A DNA stretch of 64,000 bases, taken from an uncultured Bacteroidales bacterium. Its GTDB lineage: Bacteria; Bacteroidota; Bacteroidia; Bacteroidales; UBA1402. Below are positions 63,543-64,000 of this stretch, one piece after another. The stretch spans positions 64,683-128,682 of the forward strand of contig CAZCWK010000002.1 of the NCBI GenBank assembly GCA_964502355.1. The letters are read 5' to 3'. The notes beneath the pieces were generated by a model. That model was not told the DNA's origin. It saw only the letters and a list, made by a program, of their open reading frames with translations, and made no database searches. The first letter of the stretch is position 1, and the number at the start of each line of letters is the position of its first letter. Made by a program: the position numbers and the translations under genes.

Positions 63543-64000
63543 TCAGAAGTTTTTGCTTCTGTGCTTATCCTGAGTATGTTGGGGAGACTGGAAACCAAAT
63601 GCTTTCAATAGATCAGAATCTTTTTCGTTTAAATTCTGCACAGTATAAGCTTTGTAGTCTCTTCTTAACGGATAGTTTTTTCTTATATCTTCAAAACTTC
63701 CTGGTGAAGCCTTGAGTATTTCTGTGTCTTTCAAAGGATCGTAGGAAAACAATAATGCAGCTGCTATTTTGTTTTTACAGTTTTTTGAGATTTTAAGTAA
63801 ATGATTGTCGGGAACCGGAAGTTCCTGCAAACTTGTTGTAATGCTTAACTGAAAGAATAATATTAACTGGTCAAGTATCGTTTTTGTGGCAATAGCTTTA
63901 CCATCAAATGAATATCCGGATATATGCGGAGTGGCAATCATGCTTTTGTCTAACAATTCTCTGTCGAGATCAGGTTCGTTTTCCCAGCAATCCAAAGCGC
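63543..64000 (-). CDS. pdxB: 4-phosphoerythronate dehydrogenase, C-terminal part (gene continues past the window end)
   Basis: DCWENEPDLDRELLDKSMIATPHISGYSFDGK matches the PdxB/2-hydroxyacid dehydrogenase catalytic-His region. The frame stays open to base 64000. Confidence 0.8.
   Translation of the reverse strand, partial: ALDCWENEPDLDRELLDKSMIATPHISGYSFDGKAIATKTILDQLILFFQLSITTSLQELPVPDNHLLKISKNCKNKIAAALLFSYDPLKDTEILKASPGSFEDIRKNYPLRRDYKAYTVQNLNEKDSDLLKAFGFQSPQHTQDKHRSKNF

Noticed and set aside
1-64000. Searched by eye for rRNA, tRNA, CRISPR arrays, transposases, integrases, phage or toxin-antitoxin modules.
   Set aside because: The non-coding gaps are all under 320 bp and contain only promoter or terminator-like sequence. 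There are no regularly spaced repeats. No ORF has recombinase, transposase or defence-type motifs. A tRNAscan/Infernal run would be needed to exclude small RNAs formally.

Overview
This window looks like a chromosomal fragment of a Bacteroidota genome. The evidence is two SusC/SusD pairs, a T9SS (Por) C-terminal sorting domain, TAnnTTTG-type -7 promoter boxes, and acpP-fabF-rnc and dapB-lepB-lepB' synteny. The sequence is AT-rich and coding density is very high. Layout: (i) 1-21119, all minus strand, is an alpha-mannoside / N-glycan-type polysaccharide utilization locus (PUL1). It carries GH38, a LamG-metallophosphoesterase with a T9SS tail, GH92, two surface lipoproteins, SusD, SusC, GH3, MFS, a ROK kinase and a second GH92, with no regulator in the window. 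(ii) 21418-35714, all minus strand, is a second PUL (PUL2). It is controlled by ECF sigma / FecR anti-sigma / STN-SusC, has only one glycosidase (GH39-like), and carries an unusual cytoplasmic module: ACS-type MFS, racemase-fold protein, RpiB-like isomerase, beta-propeller-like protein, cupin, DhaK and DhaL. (iii) 36.0-47.1 kb is an accessory patch. It holds a DUF3795-like Cys-rich protein, an XRE-cupin regulator with a 646-aa P-loop protein (DUF4914-like, PEPCK/HprK-like motifs), a rearrangement scar, an OMP / ArnT-like GT / GtrA operon, and a LamG-GH127 enzyme. (iv) 47.2-64 kb is housekeeping: LOG, M16 peptidase, WbqC, Xaa-Pro aminopeptidase, two LepB paralogues, DapB, CysS, RNase III, FabF, ACP, PurN and PdxB. 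I saw no rRNA, tRNA, CRISPR array, transposase or integrase. My best candidates for something undescribed are: the PUL2 cytoplasmic DhaKL/RpiB/cupin/racemase/propeller module; the short direct repeats of a DUF3795 3' end that bracket the whole 14.6-kb PUL2; a strong plus-strand terminator antisense to the anti-sigma/susC junction, which suggests a cis-antisense sRNA; the XRE-cupin + DUF4914-like pair; and a gene-less promoter-plus-terminators cassette duplicated 4 kb apart. All family assignments come from motif recognition by eye. No searches were run.
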